A stretch of 64,000 nt of DNA from the human T2T-CHM13v2.0 reference genome, Homo sapiens, in the NCBI RefSeq assembly GCF_009914755.1, contig NC_060936.1; one strand, given 5' to 3'. The notes beneath the pieces were generated by a model. That model worked only from the letters and a program-made list of their open reading frames with translations, was not told the DNA's origin and ran no database searches. Each line of letters begins with the position of its first letter. Positions within the stretch are counted from its first letter, which is position 1. The translations under genes were made by a program, and so were the position numbers. This document shows, piece by piece, positions 13,567-27,080 of this stretch.

Positions 13567-14394
13567 TGCAGAGGCATTTGAACCAGAGCAACTCCATCTT
13601 GAATAGAGACTGGGTAAAATAAGGCTGAGACCTGCTGGGCTGCATTCCCAGGAAGTTAGGCATTCTTACTCACAGGATGAGATAGGAGATCAGCAAAAGA
13701 TACAGGTCAGGAAGACTGCTGATAAAACAGGATGAGGTAAAGAAGGCATCTGAAACCACTGAAGGCAAGATGGTGATAAAAAGTGTTTTCTAGTCATCCT
13801 CACTGCTCATTATATGTTAATTATAATGCATTAGCATGCTAAAAGTCACTCCCACCAGCACCATGACAGTTTACAAATGCCATGGCAATGTTAGAAAGTT
13901 ACCCTATATGGTCTAAAAAGAGGAGAAACTATCACTTTCAGGAAATCTCCACCCCTTTCCTGGAAAACTCATGCATAATCCATGCCTTGTTTAGCACATA
14001 ATCAAGAAATAACTGTAAGTATTCCTAGTCGTGCAGCCCATGCTGCTGCTCTGTCTATGGAATAATCATTCTTTTTTTTTTTTTTTTCAAATTTTGACTC
14101 ATTTATTGAATTAAAATTATACTACGTATAAAACAGCAATCTATATGCAGTGATTTAATGCATCATAATATATACATTTATCTTTACAAAGTCAGGATGC
14201 AAGTTCCAATGATTATGACTATAAAATTTATATTAAACATTTCCATAAGTGACTTCGGAATAATCATCCTTTTATTGCTTTACTTTCTTTAAACTTGCTT
14301 TCACTTTACTCTGTGGACTTGACCCAAATTCTTTCTTGTGCAAGGTCCAAGAATGCTTTTGTGAGGTGTGGATTGCGTCCCGTTTCTGGTAACA
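13567..14394 (+). mobile_element. MER41B LTR (ERV1)
   Basis: GAGGCATTTGAACCAGAGCAACTCCATCTTGAATAG start, CATTATATGTTAATTATAATGCATTAGCATGC segment, ends TTTCTGGTAACA. Confidence 0.9.
14075..14256 (-). pseudogene. Retrocopied polyadenylated RNA 3' end (5'-truncated processed pseudogene or orphan transduction)
   Basis: T-tract; AATAAA on the minus strand at 14102-14107; non-Alu, non-L1 body; TSD ggaataatcat(t/c)cttt at 14059 and 14257. Confidence 0.8.
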
Positions 14395-14509
14395 TCTTGA
14401 CTAGAAAAGGCTCTGCCTCTAAGCTCCCTCAGGTTGTTGACAGAATTCATCTCCTTGCGCTATGGAATTCATGGTAAATTGCTTCTACAAAGCCAGCAAA
14501 GGAGAGAAG

Positions 14510-15012
14510 GGTAAGGGGGTGGGAACGGGGTGAATGATGAGAAATTACTTAATGGGTACAATGTACATTATTTGGGTGATGAATACCCTAGTTCCCAATC
14601 TTTTTGGTAGCAGGGACCTGTTTTGTGGAAGACAATTTTTCCACGGACTTGGGGGTAGGGGATGGTTTTGGGATGAAACTGTTCCACCTCAGGTCATCAG
14701 GCCATTAGTTAGATTCTCATAAGGAGTGTGCAACCTGGATTCCTTGCATGTGCAGTTCGCTATAGGGTTCGCTCTCCTATGAGAATCGAATGCCCCAGCT
14801 GATCTGACAGGAAGCGGAGCTCAGGCAGTAATGCTTGTGCTCACCTCCTGCTGTGCAGCCTGGTTCCTAACAGGCCACAGACCAGTATCTGTCTGTGGCC
14901 CAGGGGTTGGGGACTCTTGCCCTAAAGCCGTGATTTGATCAGTATACATTCTCTTCATGTAAAAAAATTGCACTTGTACCCCCAAATTTTTACAAATAAA
15001 CAAAATTTTAAA
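14510..15012 (+). mobile_element. L1 3' end (L1MA/L1PB-like) interrupted by MER1B
   Basis: gatgagaaattacttaatgggtacaatgtacattattt...ttgcacttgtaccccc plus A-rich tail. Confidence 0.75.
14590..14919 (-). mobile_element. MER1B DNA transposon
   Basis: Reverse-orientation relative of the element at 935; ends GGTTGGGGACTCTTG. Confidence 0.9.
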
Positions 15013-15319
15013 AAGAGAGAGAACCTCTAGATATTTATTAAAAAAGCTAGCATGACTGAGTTTTATATAACACAATTAACAAAATCACAGTGTGACAACC
15101 TATCACTATATTCTATTGGGGAGAAGCAAGTCTTCCAATGGTACTTAGTCTTTCAGGCCAGCTCTTGGTTGAAGATTATGCAAAAGAATTTTTGTTTATT
15201 GTTCCCAGGCATTTTCCTTCATTATTTTCTCTGGGGACTATTTATTACTCAGCACATAGCTAACAGTCTCTTTGGGTCTAATCAAAGCCCCTTCCTTATA
15301 AGGCATGCACACATGCTCA

Positions 15320-15495
15320 CGTGAGTCTGTGTATGTCTTTTGTGTGTGTGGTCTGTGTATGTGTGTGTGGTGTTTGTATTATGTGTGCGTGTACATGTGT
15401 GTTGCATGCATGCGTGTGTACATATACATGTGTGCATTTGTGCTCATGTGTATGTGTGGGGTGTGTGTGCAAGTGTGTTGTATGTTCTGTGTGTT
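15320..15495. repeat. Degenerate (TG)n low-complexity tract
   Basis: Alternating purine/pyrimidine TG/TA/CA sequence. Confidence 0.9.
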
Positions 15496-16536
15496 TCAAT
15501 TTAGCAGCTGGCCAGCATTACTAGCTGCACCTCCTACGTTTTCAGCTCCAATCTGTCATTCCAATGGTTTGATTTGTGGGAAAGAAAAAGGTCTAGCTAC
15601 CCACTTTCTTATTCACCTCAGCTGTCAGCCAGTCTGTGGCATGCCAAATGGAGTTCACGTGTATTCTCACAGCCTTCCCACATTCCAGGAACTGGCTGTT
15701 TCAAAGGAAGTGTTTATGATATATTACCTGAGGTTATGCAAACATTTTTGGGCATCTTACAAGGTACAGTTTCCACTCTCAGCTACCTGCCTCAGTCTGT
15801 CTGTGTTGGAAAACTTTTTTTCATGGGTTATAATTGAGTTCAATTATTAGGGCAGCACACGGCTGCCTTTACTCTACTTTAACTGGGAGTAATGTGAAGG
15901 AGTTTTCCAAACACATTGCTATCCTTATTTATATGCAGTGGGCCTCGCTAGGTCTCACACAGCCTTTTCAAGGTCTGATCATTATCCTTTAGCCACATTT
16001 TTACTCCCCCTAACAGATGCTAGCTCCAGACATACAGAATTTATTTTAATTTATATATTTATATTCCACTTTAATTTTAATATATATTTAAATATAGAAC
16101 CACTTACCGATGCCTGAATGTGTGATGATCTTCCTGTATCATTTCCTATGTACATGCTTCTGCTTAAAACATATTTCTCCTGCCCTTTTAAACTGATTAC
16201 TTCAAGACTCAAGTGGTATTGTCTCTGGAAATTCTTTTATTACACCCCCTCAACTTAGGTTAATCTGCCTTAAAATAATATTCTTTTAAGATAACTATTA
16301 GTTTATGGATTTGTGTTCCCTAATAGTGAGCTCCTTGAGGAAGGTAATTTGTCTAGTATGCTTTGCATCAGCAGAGTCTAGGATACTGCCTGACCATAAG
16401 ATGCTCTTAGTAAAAGTCAATTGAACTATTATGTTCATTAAAGACACAAAAATAATGTTTCACAGTGCAAACCCTGTTTTTTATGGAATGCTACCAGATA
16501 CCTCACTCTAGATTGACATCGGATTATTGAAATTAG

Positions 16537-17038
16537 TGCCAAGACCAGCTCGGTCATGGACACCCTAACTCAGCAGCACTATAGGAATTAAAGACACACA
16601 CACACACAAAAATATCACGTGTGGAGTGGGAAATCAGGGGTCTCACAGCCTTCAGAGCTGAGAGCCTCCAACAGAGATTTACCCACATATTTATTGACAG
16701 CAAGCCAGTGATAAGCACTGTTTCTGTAGATTAAAGATTAACTAAAAGTATTCCTTATGGGAAATAAAGGGATGGGCCAAAGTAAAGGGATGGGCTCTGG
16801 CTAGATATCTGCAGCAGGAGCATGTCCTTAAGGCACAGATCCTTCATGCTATTGTTTGTGGTTTAAGAACAACTTTAAGTGGTTTTCCAGGTGTTCCTTG
16901 CCTTCATTCCAATAAACTCACAACTTTCCAGTGTGGGCGTCATGGCCATCACAAACATGTCACAGTGCTGCAGAGATTTTGTTTATGGCCAGTTTTGGGG
17001 CCACTTTATGGCTAGATTTTAGGGGCCTGTTCCCAACA
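16537..17038 (-). mobile_element. MER9 solo LTR (HERV-K HML-3)
   Basis: Minus strand starts TGTTGGGAACAGGCCCC; perfect 6-bp TSD AATTAG at 16531-16536 and 17039-17044. Confidence 0.92.
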
Positions 17039-17264
17039 AATTAGCAATTCATCAAAAATGGTTGTCATTCAATCCATTACACATAGTTTATTGGCAAGGA
17101 AATTGTTAGACTTTGCTAAACAATTTGCTGAAAAAAAATTTACCTGAGCCATTCTCTACTTTATGAGTTGGTTACCCATATCAGTAAAGAAATTACGTTA
17201 ATTTGGAATTATTTTTCACATTGTACCCATATTGAGTCCAGTGTAAAAGTTGCTACGTGATGGT

Positions 17265-17780
17265 TTTCCCTTCCCAGGACTATTTTTTACCACCTTCTGG
17301 TAATTGCTACCATTTTCTTTGGTAATAATGTCCCCTCCCTACACCAATCATGTTATTCTAGTGGAGACGGCCAATAATATTCTGCCCTTTCCCACCCCCT
17401 TGTCATAAAATGGGTCCATTTGTCAGCACAGAGCAATCCTGATATGCAATGTTATGACTCAGCTGGATTAGTCACCAGCCTTCCTTGGGATTCTCTGGCA
17501 GCTACAGGCTGGGATAAGGCTGTCCTTCTGGACCATGATCTCTGACATGCGGAGAGGCCCATGAAGACACAGCCTACAAACAAAGAAAATAAGAGTGATA
17601 ACAAGAGTAACATTTCAGCTCTCATTTCGAGTTGCTGAGATCCAGGTCGTTGTCCTCAACCCTGTAAGTTTCCTTTTTTGCTGTGAGCCAGCCTATTGTG
17701 CCTCTTTTTTAAAAATACCATTTTCTGCTTAGGCTAGTATATTTTGGATTTCTGACAGTAGCAATTAAATATTTTCCTGA
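17265..17780 (+). mobile_element. Old ERVL/MaLR-type LTR
   Basis: 3' end tgcttaggctagtatattttggatttctgacagtagcaatt resembles MLT1/ERVL LTR ends. Confidence 0.4.
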
Positions 17781-18509
17781 AGGGATTTATTAAGGAAGCA
17801 GCAGAGGAAGCATTTTCTCAGGTTTACGTTCTGCAGTCTGCCAACACACTGTGCCTTTTAATTTCAGCTCTATAGAAAGAGTCCCTATAAGACATATGTC
17901 CTTTTCCCATTCACCGTAAAGATTCACAGGGTTTTATAGTTTGAGGAATATAGGTTAAGATCAAAATAGGGGCAATGACTTCAAAAGCGAATAGCTATAT
18001 TCCAATCAATGCATAAAAAAGAAGTGGGGGATGAAGATTTATATTGCAAACAGTGTCTAAAGTTTACAAAATTATTTAACAAATGATTTCTTTAAATAGT
18101 GAGTTTCTGTTGGGGTATTTAAAATGTACATTGGCTAATTCAAACTTGTGAGGACTATTTTGTACACATTAAACAAGGAAGACCACCTGTGAATTGCTAA
18201 AGAAGAGCATCGGCCTTTCTTTAGATCATGCACAGGTAAAACAATGTTTTATAGATTCTAAAATCTCTGGCCATGATCCTACAACCAGAAGTAAAACAAA
18301 GGCAGAGATGTGACAATGACATATTTTAAGCCGTTTATTTAAGCCAATAAATCACTGGTGTATTTATCCTATAAATATACCATATAAAATTTACTATACT
18401 TACTAACCCTATAAATCAGTAGTAAATCTCATTCATATCTTATCCAACTACCAGTACTATTCTTCTAAGCAGCCCAAGAAATAAGTATAAGGTAGTTTCA
18501 GTTCACCTA

Positions 18510-18655
18510 TAAAACCAGAAATGGCCCCTGAGGGCTGCACCTGGAAGCCTTGCACACTTCTCATTGTTTGGGCCTTGTTTCCCCGCTGAACCATATCCTT
18601 TACCTTATTAAAGCATCACATGAATATACTCTGAGTCTTGTGAGTCCTTTGCTCT
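18510..18655 (+). mobile_element. ERVL LTR 3' fragment (MER21/MER68-group)
   Basis: tatcctttaccttattaaa...ctgagtcttgtgagtcct motif. Confidence 0.5.
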
Positions 18656-19217
18656 TACTTGTTACTTTCTTTTGAGTTTAATTAATATCAATCTCTTCAT
18701 GTGTACCTCTTATAACGGAGGCTTAAACATCTCACAAATTGTGAATTTTCCCTATACATAATTAGTCCTCTGTAAAACAAGATATTAAGGATATAACATA
18801 AGCATATAACAAAGTCAGAGGCAGCACCAACAATTAATTAAATTTGAAACATTTTTTGATATTTTCCTGTTTTTCTAAATTAATGTACATGTCCTTTCTT
18901 TATCAAAAAAAAAAGAAGAAGAAAAGAAAGTAAATTAGGGAGATGATTAAGTAATAGGGATAGTACAGGACACACAGAGGTTAGCTACTCTGAAGACTTC
19001 TTCTGCCATAGGCTGTTACTACAGATAAATCAAAATTAGTCATTTACCATTAACACATTTGCGTATTTCAGTGTTACCAGACATTCCCCATAACCAGCTC
19101 TTCCAACATTTGTCCTGGAATAAGATGTGCTCAGCGTCACCCATGTGAGGTACAGGCTTGAGCTAATAATTCTGTGTGTTCAATATCCCCAATTCTACCC
19201 ACTACATCTGTAGACAG

Positions 19218-19316
19218 GTGAGATCAAGGTTAACACTAAGAGAACTTTAAGTGAAATCAAGGTTAACATTAAGAGAACTTTAGGTGAGACCAAAGTTAAC
19301 ACAAAGAGAATTTTAA
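19218..19316. repeat. 33-bp tandem repeat, 3 copies
   Basis: gtgagatcaaggttaacactaagagaactttaa at 19218, with variants at 19251 and 19284. Confidence 0.95.
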
Positions 19317-19382
19317 AGAGTAATCACAAAAAGGCACTCTAAAGCTGGGCATGGGAATAAGAGACAAAGGATTCTCTGACTC

Positions 19383-19700
19383 CAGTGGTTGCAAATCTGG
19401 CTAAGCTTTAAAAAAAAAAACATCAGGGAGATTTTTTTAAATGCTGGTGGAAAAAAAGACAATAGTAAAAATTTTAAAAAAATAGCTTAATGTTGATTGT
19501 CAGGTCACTGCTTCTAGCTGTACAGGTCACAACTCCAAGGGCCACACACTGCATACACTTTCGATGTGAATGGAGTCCCATGGAGCTGTGCAACACAGCA
19601 GTCCTGCTGGGCCCTACTATACAATTTCTGGAGATGGTGATAGGGCTTTTATGCTTTTAAAAACATGATTCTAACACACAGCCAGAGTTGAGAACTAATG
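19383..19700. mobile_element. MER5A-type hAT element with nested MER91-like element (~19501-19605)
   Basis: cagtggttgcaaa...gagttgagaactaatg termini; internal cacaactcca...gatgtgaatggagtcccatggagctgtgca. Confidence 0.6.
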
Positions 19701-21231
19701 GTCTAAACTGTTTTTTCCATATGCTAATTATATGCCTTTGAGACTCATGTTGAGATTGTTATTGTTTTCAATATCTGCCTGCTGAGCAGATATTTCTTCT
19801 CCATTAATACCCTTAGGAATTTATCTTTTTTATATATTTAACAATAATCTTTCCCCTGTTGTGAAAGAACATTTGTTTTTATTCCTACTTTTATTTACCT
19901 TGCTCCATCATATCTAAAGTTTGAAGAAACTTGTTGAATCACACACTTTTATGTAATTATATAATTTCACTTAAATAATAATGTAATTTTTACATAGATA
20001 TAGATGTTATTTTTTCCAGATACTCTGCACATTTCAACAGTTCTCTTTAGGAAATAAACAAAACTTGTATCAAGAAAATTATCTTCTAAGCATTATATGG
20101 CACATATATTTTAAACACCACTATAATCTGCTTTAAAAAAAAAGCCATTAATAAAAAGGTCAAATCATGTGTTAGTGGGTAATCTGGGTTGTTCTGTTTT
20201 GCTTTCTGGGCCTCACAACCTTCTTGGGAGACCTGCTGTGTCTCCATGCCATGAGTGGCTGGTGGGGCTACTCATTACAGGACTAGGACCATCTCCTGCC
20301 ACAAACCCCCGGCCTCATTGTCACCATAGGGTAGGTGAGGATGTGACTTGGTTAAGGCTAATTTGAACCTCAGGACAGAAAGCAACTGGAGTTGGGTTAA
20401 CCGATGAGAATGCCCTACCGATAGTTCAGTAATTCCCTGACCTACCCTAGGTAACCATATTTTCTTTTTATTCTATGAGTAAACAAATTGCTTTTTGCCT
20501 AAGTTAGCCAGAATTGGTTTCTGTGATTTGCAACTAAAGGATACTACAATTAGAGAAATTGGTACCAGTGTAGAATTCAGGCGAAGGAATCCTAAGCATA
20601 TTTGCAGTATTTGCATTTACTTATTAAGTTGAGGTAAGTCCAATGAAAATAAAAATCTACTTCAAATTCCAGGAAGGGAAACTGGTAGCCATTGATTGCT
20701 ACAAACTGCAAAACAACAAGTCAAGTTTTCAACTGCAGTCATCTCTGATGGTGAAGCTCTGGCAGGACAATTAGCTGCTGCCATTTACCAAAATAAAGTG
20801 GATAGGAAGATTTTTAGACTGTTGGGGAAAATAGTGGCTCTGAACAATGTAAAGGAACTTAACGAAAAGAAAATTAAAAGTTCCCATTTTAAAGCCCTCC
20901 CTTCAAGGTATGGAATCAAACTCAGGACCTTTTAATAACCTGATGCAAGTCTCATATTGATGTCCTTTAAGACTGAGATTATAGAAAGTCAAACACAAAA
21001 ATTTATGCTGTGGATTTCCAGACTGACCCAGATAAACTGACACCATCTCAACAGACCACTTTTGTAAACATTAAAACACTAGTCAGAAAAAACAGTAAGA
21101 TATTAACAAGTTTAACATTGATATCTGAGATGTATTGGAAGAAACAGGGAATTACAGAAACACAAATCTCTCAGAAACACCATTAAGTTTTCTTTACCTG
21201 AGGTTATCTTGGCCCTGTTGCAGGAGAAACA

Positions 21232-21883
<652 letters not shown>

Positions 21884-23982
21884 CATATACAACTCATTTA
21901 TGACCTCCTCTCACTGTTGCTCTAGTACCCAGGATAATAACTCAGCATGGCATGGGTAATACACCTACTTTGAAGAGTGGAATGCTAGATTTATTGTGCA
22001 TCTCACCCACTTCTCTCCTCATTCTTTGCCCATTAGAACTCAAATCAATCTCCATTCTTGCTGCATAAAGACACTTGGGAGAAAACACCAGTCTTGGGAG
22101 AAAACATCAGTCTTTTAAATATTGATTACTGACTGTGATCTCCAGATCAGCAATCTATTCAGCAAGTGTATGAAATGCAAAAGGCTTTCTAGTTTCAGCA
22201 ATTTTCACTGGAGCCCAAAATGACTGAAATCAGGTGGCATCATCAACATTAATAGGCACTGGGACACATGAGGTACAGAAAAACTTACTACATGAAAAGA
22301 TCTCTGATTCTGGCTAAAATATGAAGTTCCAGGAATGAAACCAATAAGCAATCACTAAGGTAATCTCTGATTTGTAAAACAGAAAAAAAGAATCCAAATC
22401 TAGTGAACACCAGCATGATAAAGTTACGCTGCTCAAACATTGCCTCTCAAACAGTTCCAGACCCTGAGTCAGTTCACTCCCAGCAGCCTTTAAGTGAAAG
22501 GGGCTGGGTACCATTGAGAGAAAATGCCAAATTAATATTATTTTGTATTCTTGAATCTTACTCCTAACCTTCTCCAAAAATATACATGGCTATTTATCTG
22601 GGTAACTGTGTCTTGGGAATAGGGAAACATACCAAACTCTTTTTTTAAATGATTGAATACAGGCATTAAAATAGCACTAATGTCTGGGAATCCACACTGC
22701 CACTGTATCCCAATGGACAGAGTGGAGGCTATGGAATCCATATGATAAATGTTACTCTGTCCTGAGTTTGCCTCACAGTAGTTTAAGGAATAACTTAATC
22801 CCATTCATTGATTATTGCCCTAGTTCCTAATTGTAAAGCTTGAGTGATATCTTCAGCAATTAACAGTACCTCTACATTCACTCTTTGACCATGTAGCAAA
22901 GCCTGTTTTCAGAGGAAAAGCCATACTGAAGCCACTATCAATTCTCCTGACAATCATAAGAGCAAACAAAAAGCCACAACTACATGACTTGGGAAATTGC
23001 ATATAATCATGTCATTATAAATACTTAAAAGATGCACCTATTGCAATTTATATTATACCCTCCATTAATTATCCAATTTAACACACACAGAAGATACATG
23101 GGTATGTGAAAATGGCACCAAATTGTTATAAGTGAAATTCAGTACCATTGAGTGGTGACTCCAATTGCTAATGTAGTCTCATTACTGTTGTAAATTAACA
23201 TATTACCTGGTAATTGACAGGCAGTTACTACTTTATAGAATGCATACTTCTCCTTTTGAATAAATATTAAATAACAAAATAACAAAAGTTTGCTTTTACC
23301 TGCCAGAGGCTGTAGTATGTTCTTGCACACATACACACACATACAAATATAGATATAGATATAGATATATACACAAACATATTTTATATTTCAGCTATAT
23401 AACCTACTCATAACTGGGTTCTATTTGATCCTCATAGCCACGTGTGGTGCCAGCTTAGATAGGACTTGAAAGCTGGTCCTTTCCAAGTTACCATATTGCC
23501 TACTCTGTCAGCTGTGTTTACGTACTTGCTTCATGGAAGAGAGTTTAATTGTGACTCCTGAGAAATATACAGTCAGGGACTGTACTGTGAAAGCCAAGGG
23601 CTCTCCTTCTATGACTTTGCTTGATGATACAGATTAATGGAAGACTATAGCAATTCTGCAATCAAGGAACCCTGCCCAGTTGAACTCCTAGCTGAAGTCC
23701 AAGGCAATGTTAGAAGGAGTAGTAGAGAAAGAGAGTGATTAATTACATCTAATATCTCATAAGCAGTTACAGAAACAAAATCTGTAGCCTGCATCTCTTG
23801 GTTTGCTTTGTATTTAGCACATAGAGTATCTTATAGTTTGGTTTTCATTACAGAGTGAACTCTACTACACTGATTCTGATTGAACAACATGCTAACATAT
23901 TTCTCAAAGCAAGCCAAAATAGTCTATCAGATTTTTGGTTTCAAAGTAGCACTCCAGCAACTGTATGAAAAATAGATTGAAG

Positions 23983-24675
<693 letters not shown>

Positions 24676-24895
24676 TCATGGGGAATGAAATGGAGGTTCA
24701 GGAAAGGACCAGATATTTGCTATATGAAATAACTACTGTGAATTATCTTATTAAAAGTTTGAATGTAGTGAATAAACTACATCTAACTTCTCAATAGCAT
24801 TGTTTCAAAGATAATCATCAAAATCCTCTATTGACACTTCCTTTTTAAAGGATTTAGCTATCTAGAAACTTCATTGATCTGAAACTAGTTCGTAA

Positions 24896-25212
<317 letters not shown>

Positions 25213-25508
25213 ACAAGTAATTTTTCAGAAGGCTTCTGAGTGGCCAAATTAAGTGTCACAAGGTTCACTTAGTGGTCTCACTTAGAGCCTGCTAACTCTT
25301 TTACAGACCCCTTCCCATCTTTTTTTTTTTTTTTTTTAGAATTGCAACTATCTGGATTCCATGTCCAATTGAAATAAAAAGTTGGAAGCCCAAACTCTGA
25401 TACTTTCAGGAGAGGGTAAGCAAAGCAGGCAAGTGAGTAAAGGAACCCTGTATATGACAATAAGGAGGGGTGAAGACTGAGACAAAGTAGAGAACACATG
25501 CCCATCTA

Positions 25509-25589
25509 TCAGGTTGGTGCAAAAGTAATTGCAGTTTTTGCCACTATGCAAAAACTTTTATTAGGTTGCTTGCTTTTGCACCAACGTAA
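25509..25589. mobile_element. MADE1 (Hsmar1 MITE)
   Basis: AGGTTGGTGCAAAAGTAATTGCAGTTTTTGCCA...CTTTTGCACCAACGTAA flanked by TA. Confidence 0.9.
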
Positions 25590-25621
25590 TACAAGGAACA
25601 GCCACTGCTCAGCATTAGCCA

Positions 25622-26808
25622 ATTGTAGCCAAATGGAAATGAAAGTTACACAGATCTGATTTTTCAAAATAAATTAAATGTAAATTTTACAGGAAATCTT
25701 CCAAATTTAGGCACACGATAAACTCAAATTGTTTCCAACATGAGGTCAGCCAAGCAGAACATCTGTGTAACGTTTCTGCGGGCTCTATGTGTCAGTCCAC
25801 AAAGTACCAGGCTCTTCTGTGCTCTCCAATGTAAGTGTTAGAGAAACCCCTGCTTACCAGGCCTCTGGTTTAATACAACATTGACTACAGTGGCGACATC
25901 TTGAAGTGAGTAGTTAGGCACTCACGAGGCACCTATAAGGTTAATACTTCTAGTCTGAAAATAGCCACATTTTAAGCTGACCACCAATTATAATTACAGA
26001 ACATTTATGGCCATATAGAGCATCTCCCACCCAGCCCACAGAATGTCCAGATGCCCTAAGAATACAGCCCACTTTACTTAAAGACAGCACCAATGAACAA
26101 GTTTAGGTTGAAGGATTAATGGTCATCGATAACAATAAATGCCACTACCTTTAGTGAGCACATCTGCACATTTCAATTTTAAGTATAGCTCTTTATAGTT
26201 TTTTATAAGTAAAGACACTAACAAAGGATTGCACATTCCTCCTCTTGCTTTCTAAGGATGCCCTGCTCTGTAACCGAGCAGTTTCCAATAAACTTGCTTC
26301 TTTCACTGTTTTCTGTGACTTGACTCAAATTCTTTCATGCATGAGATCCAAGTACCCACTCTTGGAGTATGGATGGAGATCCTCTTTTCCAGCAACTTAA
26401 GGACAAAGCACCTTAATCCCTTCAATAAGTCTAAGAATATCAAGCATTCCACAATACTTAATATTTGCAACAACAATTCCTGATCATAAAGCAAAAGGAA
26501 ATTATATTTAGTATGATCTGTTTAATAAGGCTGGAGAATTATATTGTAGCCAAATGGAAATGAAAGCTACACAGATCTTTCAAAATAAATTAAATTTAAA
26601 TTTTACAGGAAATCTCCCATATTTAAACACACAATGAACTCAAAATTGTTTCAACATGGGGCCAGCTACCTCCTGTTCAATAAGTCTAAGAATATCACCA
26701 TGTTATAGCATTTCACAATACTTAATATTTGCAATGACAATTCCCGATCATAAAGCAAAAGGAAATTAAATTTAGTATGATCTGTTTAATAAGGTTGGAG
26801 AAGTATAT
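25622..26808. repeat. Local tandem duplication A-[LTR]-B-A'-B'
   Basis: 25622-25750 matches 26543-26666; 26421-26544 matches 26676-26808. Confidence 0.92.
25836..26397 (+). mobile_element. ERV1 solo LTR (MER4/MER41 group, subfamily unassigned)
   Basis: TGTTA start; AATAAACTTGC...GAGATCCAAG...CCAGCAAC end; 4-bp TSD TAAG. Confidence 0.8.
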
Positions 26809-27080
26809 AATACATCTGAGAAAGTTTCATATCCACAAGGATTAAAGCTTGAAAATGGAAATGATTTAAGCTATTTGTAAACCTTGGCTGTCTAGAATGA
26901 CATATTACCCAAAGCCTTAATCAGCAGAGTTTTCCTTTATGGTCTTATGCCATTAGTTGATGTACAGTTTGTCATAGCTATTATTTTTGTGATTTGCCAA
27001 TGAATAGTTAGTAGTGTAAAAATTGAATGATTATGTTTTTTATCTCATGCTGTCATCTCAGCTTTTTCTTATAAAATTAT

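Larger units (their letters stand above)
13378..15135 (-). mobile_element. MLT1-type MaLR LTR split into three pieces (13378-13565, 14395-14510, 15013-15135)
   Basis: ttttctattgttgtgtaacaaat...catttattatct; aagctccctcaggttgttgacagaattca; ttctattggggagaagcaagtc. Confidence 0.7.

Noticed and set aside
15305-15850. 181-aa Cys/Val-rich ORF
   Set aside because: Its N-terminal part is a product of the (TG)n low-complexity tract; the rest has no recognisable domain
19218-19316. CRISPR-like array
   Set aside because: Units are directly adjacent with no unique spacers, the context is eukaryotic, and there are no cas genes
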